From Octopus sinensis (Eukaryota): a stretch of DNA of 64,000 nt. Positions 1-15,030 of this stretch are shown here, in pieces (the first letter of the stretch is position 1; the number at the start of each line of letters is the position of its first letter). Made by a program: the position numbers and the translations under genes. The stretch lies in assembly GCF_006345805.1 (NCBI RefSeq), contig NC_042999.1, forward strand, positions 155,496,001 through 155,560,000, given 5' to 3'. The notes beneath the pieces were generated by a model that saw only the letters and a program-made list of their open reading frames with translations, had not been told where the DNA came from and made no database searches.

Positions 1-42
1 ACCTTGGGCAAGACACACACACACACATGTATGTATATATAC

Positions 43-208
43 ATATATATGACGGGCTTTTTTTCAGTTTCCATCTACCAAATCCACTCACAAGGCTTTG
101 GTCGGCCCGAGGCTATAGTAGAAGACACTTGCCCAAGGTGCCATGTAGTGGGACTGAACCCAGAACCATGTGGTTCATAAGCAAGCTACTTACCACACAG
201 CCACTCCT
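43..208 (-). mobile_element. SINE family A (tRNA head + CORE-like domain), 5' module
   Basis: Head GCAGGAGTGGCTGTGTGGTAAG with A box TGGCTGTGTGG, B box GGTTCAGTCCC and CORE-like ACCTTGGGCAAGT. Confidence 0.85.
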
Positions 209-1106
209 GATGATGATGATGATGATGATGATGTAATCAATTATTCTCCTGGCTTTGTATCTAAATTAATAACCATTATTAAGCTGGTGTGGAGCATTGA
301 GAAATACACAATGCTTTGAAGTATTTGATTCGGCTTTTTAATTTTTAGGTTCAAATCCCACAATGGTCAGCTTTGCCTTACATCCCGTTGGGCTGGGGGA
401 GGATAAAATAAAAAGCCAGTCATGTACTGAGGTTAATGCAAATGACTAAAATCCTCCCCTCAAAATTTCTGGCCCTGTGTCTAAACCAGAAGCCATTATT
501 AAGCTGGTGTTTTGCTGGCTTGAACAGAGATAAGAAGACATCACCAATGATCTTTGCCAGAGAGGAATAGGGAGGAATAGAGCATATTAGTTAAGGGACC
601 CGAATTGATCCGGTTGTGATTATTTAAACCAAAACCCTGGTGCAAACAAATGCAACAGAATGGATTCTGTTAAAGGTAACCAAAGACCAAGTGATGATGC
701 TAACCAAATCAACAGAGTGAATTTTCTCCACAAGGATACATAAATCCTATGGGTTTCACTTTCATATAGGCCACATCATTCAGATTTCACTATCAAGGTT
801 TGGCTTCCTACCAAACTTTAGTAGAAGGCCTGTCCCAAGATGCTGCATTGCAATGTTAAACCTGAAACATAAAATTATAATGGTAGGCTGTTCTACATGG
901 CATAAAAGCTTTAATAGCAACAGACACACATGTTACAAATAGAATCTGAAAGTGGAAGACTTTTTTCAAGTTTTCTACAGTCCAACAATGGAGTTTTTTT
1001 CATGTTTGTTTCTTTGTTAGAAACTACTTCTTTCTTTACAGGAAGACTTCAAATAATTGAAAAAAGAAGACACTAGAACTTTATCTGTTGCTACACTGCC
1101 AGTAAA

Positions 1107-1300
1107 AATCATCATCACCACCACCATCATCATCATCGTTTAACGTCCGTTTTCCATGCTAGCATGGGTTGGATGGTTTGATTGGGGTCTGGGAAGCCAG
1201 GAGGCTGCACCAGGCTCCAGTCTGATCTGGCAGTGTTTCTACAGCTGGAGGCCCTTCCTAATGCCAACCACTCCAAGAGTGTAGTGGGTGCTTTTTATAG
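1107..1300 (-). mobile_element. RTE 3'-terminus copy (short retroposed tail)
   Basis: CATCATCGTTTAACGTCCG...GCCCTTCCTAATGCCAACCACTCC matches the 62738-62920 terminus. Further copies at 8066-8300 (+, last ~30 bp duplicated) and 59323-59397 (-, truncated). Confidence 0.85.
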
Positions 1301-2065
1301 AGGCCAGAGGAGGCTGGCAAATGGCCATGATCGGTTGGTACTTTTTACATGTCACTGACACAGACACCTGTCAGGTGTCGCTATGCATGTATCTTCTTTT
1401 AATAGTAGAATGCTATATAGTGAAAGTCTTGGTAGTTACTATCAATCTTTCACGTACACACTCTCTTCCTCACTGAATTTCTCTCTCAACAGCAAAAATC
1501 TGTCGTTATAGTGAAAGTCTTTTCTTTAAGTCTGTGTTACGTTGTCTCTACATTGAAGAGCATACAGAAACATATAGACACACAGAAATACACATATACA
1601 TAAACAACCAAAAACATAACTATTTATATTGTTACATAGTGAAAGTTTTTTTCTTTTGAAGTCCTTGTTGCATTGTGTTGACAGACTTGCACTTAAAATT
1701 TCTGCAGTTTAAATCAAAATTGTGTTAGTTATTATGGTGACAACACTACTTATCTATCTTCAACACACACTCTCTTTATCTCACTGTACTTCTTCAACAA
1801 CAACAACCTTTTTACCTCCCTTTCTCATCATCAGTAACGATCCCACTAGAATGGTGTTTTTTATGTGCCACCGGCACGGAGGCCAGATAGCTACTCTGGC
1901 AACAGTCACGCTCGAATGGTGCTCTTCTTGGATGGTACTCTTACTCAGATGTTGCTCTTAGGGGTTATCTCCACTGTTGATTCCTCCCTTTCTCCCCTCC
2001 TTCACACAGATCTTGTAACAAACAAGCAGATGGAGATCAGTTCTTCTTTTATTAAATAAGATTAT

Positions 2066-2773
2066 GTATACATACACACATGCACACACATATACATACA
2101 TACATACATGCATACATACATACATACATACATACATGCATACATACATACATACATACATACATGCATACACACATACATACATACATACATGCATACA
2201 CACATACATACATACATACATGCATACACACATACATACATACATACATGCATACATACATACATACATACATACATGCATACACACATACATACATACA
2301 TACATAATACACACATACATACATACATACATGCATACACACATACATACTACATACATGCATACCACATACATACATACATACATGCATACATACATAC
2401 ATACATACATACATGCATACACACATACATACATACATACATACATACACACATACATACATACATACATACAAAACAAATCTTTAATTCCTCCCTCTCT
2501 CTCTCTCTCTTTATATATATATATATATATATAGACATGCATACATATATAATACCTTTTCTCATTGGTTCATTGTAGCAATATTGGTGGTTATAATGGC
2601 TAGCAATTGGTATAATAATAAGAGTTAGTATTAGAAGTTTTAGTAATAAGCATTGCAAATAATTTTAAAGCTGAAAATCATTGAAATGGGGTACGAACGA
2701 CATATATGGAGACACATACCTCTGTCTCTCACACAAAAGAAAAATTATATTAAAAGCGTCTAATTTTGTATCC

Positions 2774-2818
<45 letters not shown>

Positions 2819-2827
2819 CCTACCTAC

Positions 2828-2890
<63 letters not shown>

Positions 2891-2923
2891 CCTACCTATC
2901 TATCTATCTATCTATCTATCTAC

Positions 2924-2985
<62 letters not shown>

Positions 2986-3038
2986 GTTTATCTGCATATA
3001 TATAATTCTGTATATACATGTATTTGTATGTGTATATG

Positions 3039-3077
<39 letters not shown>

Positions 3078-3084
3078 ATATCTA

Positions 3085-3155
<71 letters not shown>

Positions 3156-4207
3156 TTATCTCTCTCTCTATCTATCTATCTATATATATATAAATATATA
3201 AGGGTACACATACACACACATTTTATGCATGCAATCAGGTATGACTACCACTGATGTATGTATGTATGTATGTATGTATGTATGTATGTATGTATGTATG
3301 TATGTATGTATGCATGCATGTATGTATGTAGGTAGGTAGGTATGTAGGTAGAGAGGTAGATAGGTACGTAGGTAGGTACGTAGGTAGGAAGGTAGGCAGG
3401 CAGGTATAAATGTACGCATGCCAGGTTGAGAGTGGGTGCATGTAAAAATACATGTATAAACATATAGCTATATAATTAAAAGATTGACTGCAGGTGTATA
3501 TAAAGTCAATTCTTTTGATTGACACAACACAGGACTGAACCTATCAACTTTTGTGAACTGGAGCTTAACTAATTGTGCAATTTAACTGGAAAATACATAG
3601 ACTACACACACACACACGCACGCACGCACGCGCATACACACACGCACACTCACACACACACATGCGCACACACACATGTTTATGTATTTGTTTTGCTACA
3701 TTCTCCTGTGAAATCGTGTTGAAACAGACATTGTTAGAAAGTGGCAAAATATGACCATCCCTAAGTATAGCAATACACACACACATATATATATACATAT
3801 ATATATATATACATATATGTATATGCATATATATATATATATATATATATATGCATATATATACATATGCATATACATATGCATACCACACACACACAGA
3901 TAGATATGTACATATATGTATATATATATGCATACATATATGTACACACACACACATATATATATATATATACACAAGCTTATATATGTATGTATGTATG
4001 TATATGCAAATATATATACATATGCATATACATATGCATACCACACACACACAGATAGATATGTACATATATGTATGTATATATATATGCATACATATAT
4101 GTACACACACACATATGCATACCACACACACAAATAGATATGTACATATATGTATGTATGTATATATATATGCATACATATATGTACACACACATATATA
4201 TACACAA

Positions 4208-4256
<49 letters not shown>

Positions 4257-4270
4257 CATACATATACACA
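2066..4270. repeat. Microsatellite field: (TACA)n with 28-bp higher-order period, (TATC)n, (TATG)n, (CA)n, and a compound ~130-bp repeat at 3850-4210
   Basis: Direct reading; source of the MYVC/SIYL/HTYI ORFs. Confidence 0.95.
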
Positions 4271-4309
4271 CATGTGTGTCTGTGTGTGTGCATGCATGTT
4301 TATATAAAG

Positions 4310-5130
4310 GGTGTAACAGGTAAACTGGTATAAATTTCGAATGAATATATTTCTAATTGTATAGATTTTGTTGCAGTCTAAATTTTAAATATTGTTAGCT
4401 TGAATATTCACTTGTATGATTTAGCATTTCAGAATGAAGAAACTATGAATTTTAATAAAGAATTAAACCATAGATGTGTAATTGCCAAATTATTCCGGCC
4501 AGCTAAAGTGCTGGGAGCGATTGTTAGAGCCATAAAGTGTGCCAAATCTACTGTTCGTAGAGTTGTAGCCAATTTGAAGAAAAGTAAGGATGTTCAAAGA
4601 AAGCCTCACTGTCCTCGTCGTGACTGAAAACACACATCTCGCTTCTTAACAGGACTTGAAAGATCGGTTGAGTCAGACCCATCAAAATTGATAGCAAAGT
4701 TGGCTCAAGATTGAGGAATCAGTAAAATAACTGTTTCTAGGGCTGTGAGTCAAGACTCCATATGAAATTGTATTGGAGGAGACACCATAATATCCTAACT
4801 ACCCAATCCAAAGCCATTCAAGCTGAAAGAAGTTTCAAACTTCTTAGTCATCTGAAACATCATTGTGGAGATGTCTGCATCTTCATGGATGAAAAGAAAT
4901 GCATGGTAGACGAAATTGCAAACCATCAAAACTCACAAGTGATAATATACAACCCTTCCCATTTCTTTCAGCTCTGCATAGCAAGAGTCTGGCTTCTATT
5001 ATGGTCTTTGGGGCTGTTGCAAGTGATGGGAAATTGATGCCTCCTCATTTCATTGAAGCATTTCTTAAAATCAACACAGCACATTATCTCAAAATCTTAG
5101 AAGTTTTGTTGCCTTGGATTAGGAAGCATG
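4310..5130 (+). mobile_element. Decayed, 3'-truncated mariner-like transposon (maT/DD37D-like transposase remnant)
   Basis: Fragments across frames: HTH region (KCAKSTVRRVVANLKKSKDVQRKP), IFMDEKKCMVDEIANHQNSQV (SDEKxF..N.QN motif), ASIMVFGAVASDGKLMPPHFIEAFLKINTAHYLKILEVLLPW. Multiple stops and frameshifts; no right TIR seen. Confidence 0.72.
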
Positions 5131-5454
5131 TAATTTGGCAGTTATGGGTTGAGGTGTGGATTGGAGGCTGTGTAGGTGTGTGTGTTTGCATCTCTTGTAG
5201 TATACAACATTTGAAGTGATGTTGTCTGGAGTAACTGACATTGTGAGTGTTGAAGAGTTTACAATACTTATGTATTCTAGGGAAATGCTTTATAATTAGT
5301 CTCAAGAATCTCCGAGCTACATTTATTGAAATATATTATCTTGCACATTCTGACTCTCCTCAGAATATATATATATATAAAATATAAATAATATATATAC
5401 ATGCATATATACATATATGTACATACTTACATATATATGTATATACATATGCAT

Positions 5455-5710
5455 ATGTGGGCACAGGATGTCACAGAATGTAAACAACATAAAATGCAAA
5501 AACATGAAATACGAAATATGAATACATGGAATATGAACATTTTTTGCAACCAACGAAAGAAACAAATGGAAAACAAAACAAGCAACATAATGAACGACCC
5601 TTCATCAGTTGTTGGCTGTTTTTATAATCCATATTTTGAGCAATTGACGACAAGATACACCTTCGATAAAACAGTTGCTCCCGCAAAACAAATTAAATAA
5701 AATTTGGGAT
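5455..5710 (-). mobile_element. Dispersed repeat with CTGATGAAGGG motif (possibly Penelope-like-derived)
   Basis: Homologous to 46880-47050 (+) and in part 45185-45310 (-). Shared TTTGCGGGAG(C/G)AACTG...CTGATGAAGGG...TTTCTTTCGTTG; two copies abut ATGCATAT-type repeats. Confidence 0.55.
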
Positions 5711-6132
5711 TTTGCAAAGGGTCAAAATTAGTAACAAAATCAGGGCAATGAAAACAAACGTGGTGGTGGTGATGATGATGGTGATGATAATGACGATAAT
5801 GAAGGTGATGGTAATGATGATGATGATGATGATGATGTTACACTGTTCCCTCGCACATTTTCACAATTCTAAATCTCTTCCTCTCAACTTACCAAACCTA
5901 TTTTAACACCCTCCCAGAACCCTCTTACCCTCTCCTTTGGTTATGGGGGTCACTTTTGCCACTTATTCTTATGAGGTTCATGGCAACCCCTCTAGTGTTG
6001 GTGCCATGAGAAAAAAAAAGGCACTCTATACCCTCCGTAAAGTGTTTGGCATAACAACCATTCCAACCCTGATACATTGGAATAGGATGGAGTCTTTCAA
6101 TGGATGGACCATGCCAACATGAAGGATGGATA

Positions 6133-6500
6133 TTAAATGATGATGATGATCATCATCATTTAATGTCCGTTGTCCATGCTGGCATGGGTTGGATGGTTTA
6201 ACTAAGTCTGGTAAGCTGGAAGGCTGCACCAGACTCCAGTCTGATTTGGCATAGTTATCTATGGCTGGATGTCTTTCCTAACGCCAACCACTCCAAGAGT
6301 GTAATGGGTGCTTTTACGTGCCACCAGCATGGGTGCCATTTGGGTGACACTAATATCTGCCACGACTGTAATTTTGCTCAGCTTGATGGGTCTTCTTCTC
6401 AAGCATGACATAATGCCAAAGGTGTCAGTCATTGCCTCTGTCAGGCCCAACACTCGAAAGGAACCCAGCCGCTTCGCCTCCCTGAGGCCCAATGCTCAAA
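6133..6500 (-). mobile_element. RTE LINE 3' fragment
   Basis: Coding end FRVLGLTEAMTD matches LRTLGLTEAMAKD at 63150-63190, followed by the shared 3' terminus and (GAT)n tail. Confidence 0.8.
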
Positions 6501-7162
6501 ACGCATAATGATGATACTGATGATGATACTGAAAATGAGGACGACGATGACTTCTACTACAAGTGATGTCATTCATAAAGTCATGGTATCATTACCTCAG
6601 TTGAATGAATGACATTGCAGAAATACCACCGCTGCCAACACGACCACGCCACCCTCACCCCCCAACAACAAAAATTCAGTATGAAACTTGAATGAATGTA
6701 ACATTATATACAAAGAAATACTTGTAATTTCTACAACAGTTTTAATGATTTGGCACATTTTAATCTGAAACACTTTTGTCTTGTCTTTCTCTGGTTTCCT
6801 CACCTGGAACAAACTATTCAGAGCCTCGATACGGTCACTTAGTCTGCTAGAAATAGCACCCTTAATCTCTCTCAAATCGCAACATATATTTAAGAAAGGA
6901 CACATTGGGCAACATAGTTCTATGTAGTCATTATTTAAATTTGGGTTTGTTAAAATAATCAATATTGGCCCCCTGGTTGGGAGCCCTTTGTGGCTATGCA
7001 AGGGATTGATAAACAACTGAAACGATTTGGGGCTATAAGGGTCATGAATTATTAGCAAACCAGACCTAGAAGGGTCTGGGTAATTTAAGGCTAAAACTCA
7101 CTAATTTACAGCCAAATGTTGATGCAATATTAACTTGTATTCATTAGACATATATTTCGTTG

Positions 7163-7578
7163 TTGTGGCTGTGGTAAGAAGTTTTCTCCCAACTACAATG
7201 TCCCAGGTTCAGTCCCACTGCATGGCACTTTGGGCAAGTGTCTTCTACAATAGCCTCATGCTGACCAAAGCCTTCTTAGTGGATTTGGTAGATGGAAACT
7301 GAAAGAAATCTTGTCATATGTATGTGTGTGTGAGTGTGAGTGTGTATGTGTGTGTGTGTGTGTGGTGTGTTGTCTTTGTCCCTCATGGCTTGATAATTGG
7401 TGTTGGTGTGTTTATGTCCCCATAACTTAGCAATATGTCAAAAGTGACTGACAGAATAAGTACTCAGCTTAAAAAGAAATATGTTCTGGGGTTGATTTGT
7501 TTAGCTAAAATTCTTCAAAGCAGTGCTACAGCATGGCCGTAGTCTAGTGACTGAAACAAGTAAAAAAATAGAAAGATA
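7163..7578 (+). mobile_element. SINE family A, full length, diverged
   Basis: 5' module, internal (TG)n, and 3' module ending GACTGAAACAAGTAAAA. Confidence 0.85.
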
Positions 7579-8065
7579 CATCACTATAACAGCACTGAAT
7601 TTTTATTGTTCTTTGCCAATTTTGTTAAGTATTTTCATTAAATTTCTTTAAAAATTTCATATAAAGAAGTGGTAATGACAAAACAGAGAAAGAATTATTG
7701 TTTTGAAATCAAAGAATTTTTTTTTTATAAATTATACTTTTTAATTTTATTATAGGAGTTTATAAGATGGAGATGAAAAATCATTCATAGATACCCTCCA
7801 GCCTCTCGTCCACAAGTGTGTTGCCTCATCTCTACATTTTTACCCTACTACTATAATGGCCTCTGCTTCTCAGAGCCTATTAAGCTCACGTCATTCCCCT
7901 CATCTCAAAAACAAAAGACTTTGTGATATTTGTCTCAACCATTTTTTCCCCCTAATGGACTCCTTTGATTTCAATTCTCTCAAACGGATTCCCCATATCC
8001 ATTCGATGTTTTAAAAAATCTTATATCTTTATAAATTATTATATCTTTATAATTATATATTATTA

Positions 8066-8300
8066 CGTGCTGGTGGCACGTAAAAAGCATCCACTACACT
8101 CATGGAGTGGTTGGTGTTAGGAAGGGCATCCAGCCATAGAAACATTGCCAGATCAGACTGGGCCTGGTGCAGCCTTCTGGCTTCCCAGACCCCAGTTGCA
8201 CCGTCCAACCCATGCCAGCATGGAAAGTGGACGCTAAACGATGATGATGATGATTAAGAATGCTAGCATGGAAGGCGAACGTTAAACGATGACGACGACG
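8066..8300 (+). mobile_element. RTE 3'-terminus copy with duplicated end
   Basis: GGTGGCACGTAAAAAGCATCCACTACAC...CATGGAAAGTGGACGCTAAACGATGATG, then a second GCTAGCATGGAAGGCGAACGTTAAACGATGACG. Confidence 0.85.
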
Positions 8301-9665
8301 ACGAGGATGATGATGAGTATAACCAATTTATTATTATTTTTTGTTCCTTCTCGAGCCACGCCTGGCTCATAAGGGCCGGTTTCCTGGTTTCCTTGGCGTA
8401 TAGGTTCCTCACCTGGACGGGACGCCGGTCCGTCGCAAGTAAGCTGCAAGATGCAAGAGGAAAGAGTGAGAGAAAGTTGTGGCGAAAGTGTCAGCAGAAG
8501 TTCGCCATTACCTTCTGCCAGAGCCGCTTGGAACTTAGGTGTTTCGCTCATAAACACACACATCGCCCGGTCTGAGATTCGAACCCGCGAGTGCCTCCAT
8601 AACCGATTTATTGGACATAATTTTTAACAACTAAATATTATATGGGTCTCTAAACGTTATATGGACCTCGCTTGAGAACCACCGCTTTATACAAACATTG
8701 TTCAGGTTTACTCCCTTGAAGGGAACGTTCTAGTTGAAAATCCAAGGAAAGCAGTGGTGTACATCTGCCGTGAATCCCCACATCTTTATTCTTGACTATA
8801 TCCTTTATACCCAACGAAGGTAACTGCATGTAACACATGTACCTTGGATGAGTTGTAGTACACCTGAGCACTATACACAATAATTGCATCATCATTATTA
8901 TATTGTACACAAAAAATAAAACACTACAAAACAGAAAAAACTGAGAAATAATACAAAAACCAGAGCTGGAAAATCTTTGAATGTTTGTCTGATCGATCAG
9001 GACTTGGGTTAAATGACAATATGCAAGCTGATTCTATAGAAAGTGTTTCAAGAATTTATGAACTCATGTATTTGTGTTTTATAATTACAGTTTGATTCAG
9101 GAAAAACATTGAACTGTAGCTAAAAGATGAATTTATAATCATTCTTGTAAAAGGCTCAAAGCCCGCCTTTTTTCTCGTTAATGATAATCAGTCCATGGGA
9201 GATAACTCTCGGTCACATCACAACAACAAGTGTCAAGACTAACGAAAAGGTTGCAAGATTCAACGAAAATTTTAGGAAAATAAAAATAAGAAATAAGTGG
9301 AAATTTTTACCGGTGAGTGTGTTACATTATAAGGCACAAAAAGAAAATGACTCTCCCCAGGCACAACAGAATATGCTTCAACTCATGAACTTACATAAAA
9401 AATCTTGCAAACCAAATCCAAAAACGAAAATCAACAACAAAGTACAGGAAAATATGGCAACTTGTTATATGTATATATATATATATATATGTATATGAAA
9501 CGGGAAAGATTGATTAGTAAACAATATTGCGAAATATCGGAGTTAGCAGTTGTAACGATAAAAATTTGTTGAATTTAAATTTGGCTATGGTGGATCGAAT
9601 CCACTTTATGCTTGCAAGATCTACTACTACTACTACTACTACTACTACACACACACACCACCACA

Positions 9666-9734
<69 letters not shown>

Positions 9735-10240
9735 GTTAGTGAATTTGACAGATGGAAATTGAAAGAAGCCCCTCGTAAATACATGTGTGTGTCTTTGTGT
9801 CTGTGTTTGTCCCTCCCCTACCGTTTGACAATCGGTGTAGGCGTGTTTACGTACCCGTGACTTAGCAATTGGGCAAAAGAGACCGATAGAATAAGTGCCA
9901 AGTTTTACAAAAAAAAAAAAAAAGAGCACTGGGGTTGACACCAGTACGCAGCCGGTACTTAAGTTATCGATATCCTGAAATGATAAAAGTCAAAGTCGAC
10001 CTCGGCAGAATTTGAACTGAGAACGTAGCGAAGGACGAAATACCGCTAAGCATTTCACCCAGTGCAGTAACGATTCTGCCAGCTCGCCGCCTTGAAGTAA
10101 CGATTATACCGTCTTTAGTATATTACAGATATTCATTGAGCCGGCCAAGGAATTAAGAAAGATAAAGTTAACTTTTGCTTGATTTGATCTGTGAACATTG
10201 AAAGGAGGGAACTAAATGTCAAAATCTATTTACTCAACTT

Positions 10241-10646
10241 CTTTACTCTTACTCTTTACTCTTTTACTTGTTTCAGTCATTTGACTGTGGCCATGCTGGA
10301 GCACCGCCTTTAGTCGAGCAAATCGACCCCAGGACTTATTCTTTGTAAGCCTAGTACTTATTATATCGGTCTCTTTTCGCCGAACTGCTAAGTTACGGGG
10401 ACGTAAACATACCAGCATCAGTTGTCAAGCAATGGTGGAGGGACAAACAGACACACACATACATATATATGTACATATATACGACGGGCTTCTTTCAGTT
10501 TCCGTCTACAGAATCCAATCACAAGGCTTTGGTCGACCCGAGGCTATAGTAGAAGACACTTGCCCAGGGTGCCATGAAGTGGGACTGAACCCGAAAACAT
10601 TTGGTTGGGAAGCAAGCTTCTTTACCACACAGCCACGCCTGCGCCT
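10241..10646 (-). mobile_element. SINE family A, full length
   Basis: Both modules and the (GAGTAAAA)n tail. Other full or partial copies: 9733-9935, 15410-15572, 35570-35870, 43165-43375, 50640-50800, 51570-51766. Confidence 0.9.
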
Positions 10647-10983
10647 ATTGTGTATGTCATTCTAACTTTCATTGCTGTCTCTCTTTGCTCGACATAGTGC
10701 TGTTTTCTGTCCCTTCTTTTACCCTTTTCCGACGAGTTGTGGTGCACCTGAACACTATTACATAAAATTTGGCAGAATCGTCAAGTACGACGGACAAAGC
10801 ACTTAACGGCATGTTCTCGACCCTTTTACGTTCTGAGTTCAAATCCGGCCGTGATCTTTTTGACGTTCGAGGCTGATAAAATAAAGTACTAGTCAAGTAG
10901 TGGGGTCGTGGATATCAATTTACACCTCCCCTCAAAATCAAAATTCTTGTGTCAAAATTAGAGAGTTTATATTATCGACGTGG

Positions 10984-11240
10984 TGGCACATGGCCTAGTG
11001 GTTAGGAGCAGCGGACTCGCGGTCGAGGGATCGCGGGTTCGAATCTCAGACCGGGCGATGTGTGTGTTTATGAGCGAAACACCTAAGCTCCACGCGGCTC
11101 CGGCAGAAGGTAATGGCGAACTTCTGCTGACTCTTTCGCCACAACTTTCTCTCACTCTTTCCTCCTGCATCTAGCAGCTCACCTGCGACGGAAAACCGGC
11201 CCTTATGAGCCAGGCTTGGCTCGAGAAGGGACAAACAATA
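10984..11240 (+). mobile_element. SINE family C, tail type 1
   Basis: tRNA-like head TGGCCTAGTGGTTAG...GGTTCGAATCTC, central GCTCCACGCGGCTCCGGCAG...CCACAACTTTCTCTCACTCTTTC, tail CTTATGAGCCAGGCTTGGCTCGAGAAGG. A longer copy is at 8341-8590 (-). Confidence 0.85.
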
Positions 11241-11647
11241 AAATACAAAGCAGAATATTGAGTTGAGTAAAGGGAGACAACTTTTTAGAGCTTGAGTTTT
11301 CTTTTCACTCGATTCCAATTTAATTTCAACGTTCTAGATTTTGGGGAGTAATGTCAGCGATGGGTACTTCACTATGCTAGAAATAGCAGCTAAGTTAGCT
11401 TCAAAGAAAGGATACATTAAATAATAGTTTCAGACGAGCTATTTTAAAGGAAGAGGTAAGTCGATTACATTAACCTCGATGATCAACTGGCGCTTATTTT
11501 TTTCGCCCCTGATTAGATGAAAGGCAAAGTCGACCTCGGTGGAATTTGAACGCAGAACGTAAAGAATTGGAAGAAATGCTGCTAAGCATTTTGTAAAGAT
11601 ACGTTAAATGGTGTAGTCCAAGATAGACGGAGTGTTGAATCATTTAT

Positions 11648-12062
11648 ATCCTTTATCTTTTACTTGTTTCAGTCATTAGACTGCGGCCATGCTGGGGCAT
11701 CGTCTTGAAGAATTTTCGTCGAACGAACCAAGACTTTTCTTGTTTTTTTAAAGTCTGATATTTATCCTATAAATGATTTTATGTCGAACCGCTAAATTAC
11801 AGGGGATGTAAACATACCAACACCGGTTGTCAAGCGATGGTGGATAACAAACACAGACGCAGACACACATACTCTCTCTCTCTCTTTCTCTCTCTCAAAC
11901 ACACACACGAGTGGCTTCTTTCAGTTTCCATGTACCAAATCCACTCACAAGGCTTTGGTCGGTCCGAGGCTATAGTAGAAGGCACTTGCCCAAGGTGCTG
12001 CACAATGGGACTGAAACCGGAACCATGTTGTTGGTAAACAAACAACTTACCACACAGTCACG
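11648..12062 (-). mobile_element. SINE family A, full length
   Basis: Same two-module structure with an internal GA/TG repeat. Confidence 0.88.
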
Positions 12063-12094
12063 ATTACAGTTATTTTTGATTGCTGGTTCTGAAG

Positions 12095-12645
12095 GAAGGA
12101 GAAGTGCAGTGACCTTGGCCTTGAGGGCCATCCTTGACCAGTGAGATTGATGTCTTTAATGTTCCTCTTGAATGTTGGTTGGTCAATATCTGCAGGAAAG
12201 ATAAGAACAGAGAAGGAATTCCAGAGGGATGGCATTCTGAGAAAGCAGGACTGGAAAAAGAGATTAGTTCAATTGCGGTGGAGTTGGACTCAACAACTGT
12301 GATAGAAATCCGGAGGAAGAGAGATGAGTGAGTTGAGAATACTTGAATGAGGCTGTTGCTCATTATTGGCTGTTGCTTCCGCCGTACCTATAAAGACTCG
12401 ATCCAGCAGCGATCCTTGGTAGCACTGCCAGGCCAGGCCAGGGATTTCTGGACGTTAGCCATGGCAGTCCTTGATCTGGAAGTCCTCCGGAACAGACTAA
12501 CTAGTTTGTCCTCTGAGAACGTCCAGTTTCTCTTACCCACAGCTAGATCTTTAAATATCGTTAATAAAGGGCTCCTACCAAAAACATTGCTCGAATCGGA
12601 GAGAGCGGTGAATGCCTGATGGCATCGTAGGTGGCAGGCCCTCAA
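12095..12645 (-). pseudogene. CR1/L2-group LINE ORF2 C-terminal remnant
   Basis: RTNLFFQSCFLRMPSLWNSFSVLIFPADIDQPTFKRNI resembles the RT..Y..SFFPR...LWN.LP..VFP....FK terminal motif of CR1/L2/Jockey-group LINEs; LLDRV motif upstream. Many lesions. Confidence 0.55.
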
Positions 12646-12726
12646 TTATGATCTTTCTCTTGGAAGCACACGCACGCACACGAACGCATGCACTCGCACA
12701 TTGAAATATACATATAAATAAAGAAT

Positions 12727-12807
<81 letters not shown>

Positions 12808-13615
12808 TGTAGGGAGAACACGAGGAACATTAAAACGTATGATGTCAAAAAAGTCAGCGTTGAATTAGTGATGCCAAATAAGCGGCGCCCAAACGGCTGT
12901 GTCAAAACGTCTCATATTCAGAAACAATGTGTTTACATTTTAATTTTACCTACAGTGAGGCTTTATAATGTTGCTTTATAATATTTTGATTTATTCCAAA
13001 GTGGCGAGCTGGCAGAATCGTTGACTCACCGAGTAAAATGCTTCGCGGCATTTCGCCCATATTTACATTTTGAGTTCAAATTCCGCCGAGGTCGACTTTA
13101 CCTTTCACCCTTTCGGGGTCGATAAAATAAGTACCAGTTAAACACTGGGGGCGACGTAATCGATTTATCCTCTCCCAAAATTGTTTGGTATGGTATCAAA
13201 ATCTGAAACTAATACTTTAATTTATTCCACTTCCTTGAAATGTGGTATGTTGTGGATAAAATATATATTCACAATACTTTAGTTTACAATGGAAATATTC
13301 TTGGATCTCCGAGAATAAATCTGAGCTTTGACATGAAAATAGAAATGAATTGAAAATAGATTGCCTGTTATATTGTTATATACAAGAAAATTCTTTCTGG
13401 AAAAGTTAAAATCGACAACAGATTTCAAACGTTGGCAATGTTTTGTCTTCAAGTGAAAGGAAAGTTGATTTCTGAGATGACAGGCAAGAGTATGGCGGCG
13501 TCAACATCCAGTGTTCTTTAGAAGTTTTTGTTTATGTAAGGTTAATGTCAGTGAGTTTATTTGTAACACATTGGTTCATGTCTTGAATTAGAATAATGTG
13601 TGAATGCACACGCGC

Positions 13616-13651
<36 letters not shown>

Positions 13652-13831
13652 AACCTGTTGTCGAGATATGTACCTGTCTCTTGAGTTATTTTGGTTTTTT
13701 TTCCTCTGTGGCACATGCCGTTCACACACACACACACCACACACACACACACACACCACAATGTACATATATATGTATATTTACAAGATATATGGGATCT
13801 TTTCAAAGATCCGATATATGTATTTAATGTG

Positions 13832-13893
<62 letters not shown>

Positions 13894-14284
13894 GCATACA
13901 CATACATGCATACACACACACAAACACACGCATACACACACATACACACGAACACATGCATACAAACACACACACGCGCGCACACACACACACGCAGACA
14001 CAGACACATACATACATTTACATAGATATATGTATATAATGTGTGTATATATATATGTATATTCACACACACACGCATACACACACACGCATACACAAAC
14101 ACACGCATACACACAAACACACGCATACACACAAACACGCATACACACAAACACACGCATACACACACATACACACACACACACGAACACACACACATGC
14201 GTGTGTATGTGTGTGTGTAAATAATTTCTTGATTTTATGTTTATATACTGGAATGTAAATGACACCTATAAACTGGCATTTATT

Positions 14285-14352
<68 letters not shown>

Positions 14353-14611
14353 GCACATATCCTGACATCTGTTTTCAATGACAACATGACAGCATAGTTA
14401 AAATTGTTGTAGAAATGTTCATAGTTGAGCAATATCATTTCAATACTTTTTCGGTATGTAATTTACATTTATAAAAAGATGTGAAACAGATGTCGAACAA
14501 CGGTAATTATTAGTGTGGTACAAACGTATGATGAGGTGTTTTGACTAAATCAGAGCATTAGTAATATACAAACATGCTAGAGATATGGTTATGATCATAT
14601 AAATACAAGCG

Positions 14612-14702
<91 letters not shown>

Positions 14703-14739
14703 GTCTGTCTGTCTGTCTGTCTGACTGTCTGTCTGTCTA

Positions 14740-14820
<81 letters not shown>

Positions 14821-14993
14821 ACACACACACGCACATTTATGTCCAATATAAACACACATGTATACGTGACGGATATATATGGATATGTTCATGTATACGC
14901 ACATATGTGTGTGCGTATGTATGTATGTATGTATGTATGTATGTATGTATGTATGTATGTATGTATGTATGTATGTATGTATGTATGTATGTA

Positions 14994-15030
<37 letters not shown>

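Noticed and set aside
1041-1075. Strong acceptor TTCTTTCTTTACAG followed by GRLQIIEKRRH*
   Set aside because: All frames stop within ~40 nt, with no homology or donor; it cannot be told from a chance acceptor.
1958-4333. Long ORFs such as [22 protein letters not shown] (also at 13.6-15.2, 27.2-29.1, 56.9-59.2 and 61.2-62.4 kb)
   Set aside because: They are translations of tetra- and dinucleotide microsatellites that lack stop codons, open in several frames and on both strands.
10984-11055. tRNA-like sequences at SINE heads (families A, B, C)
   Set aside because: They have A/B boxes but no complete cloverleaf or terminator, and they continue into SINE bodies.
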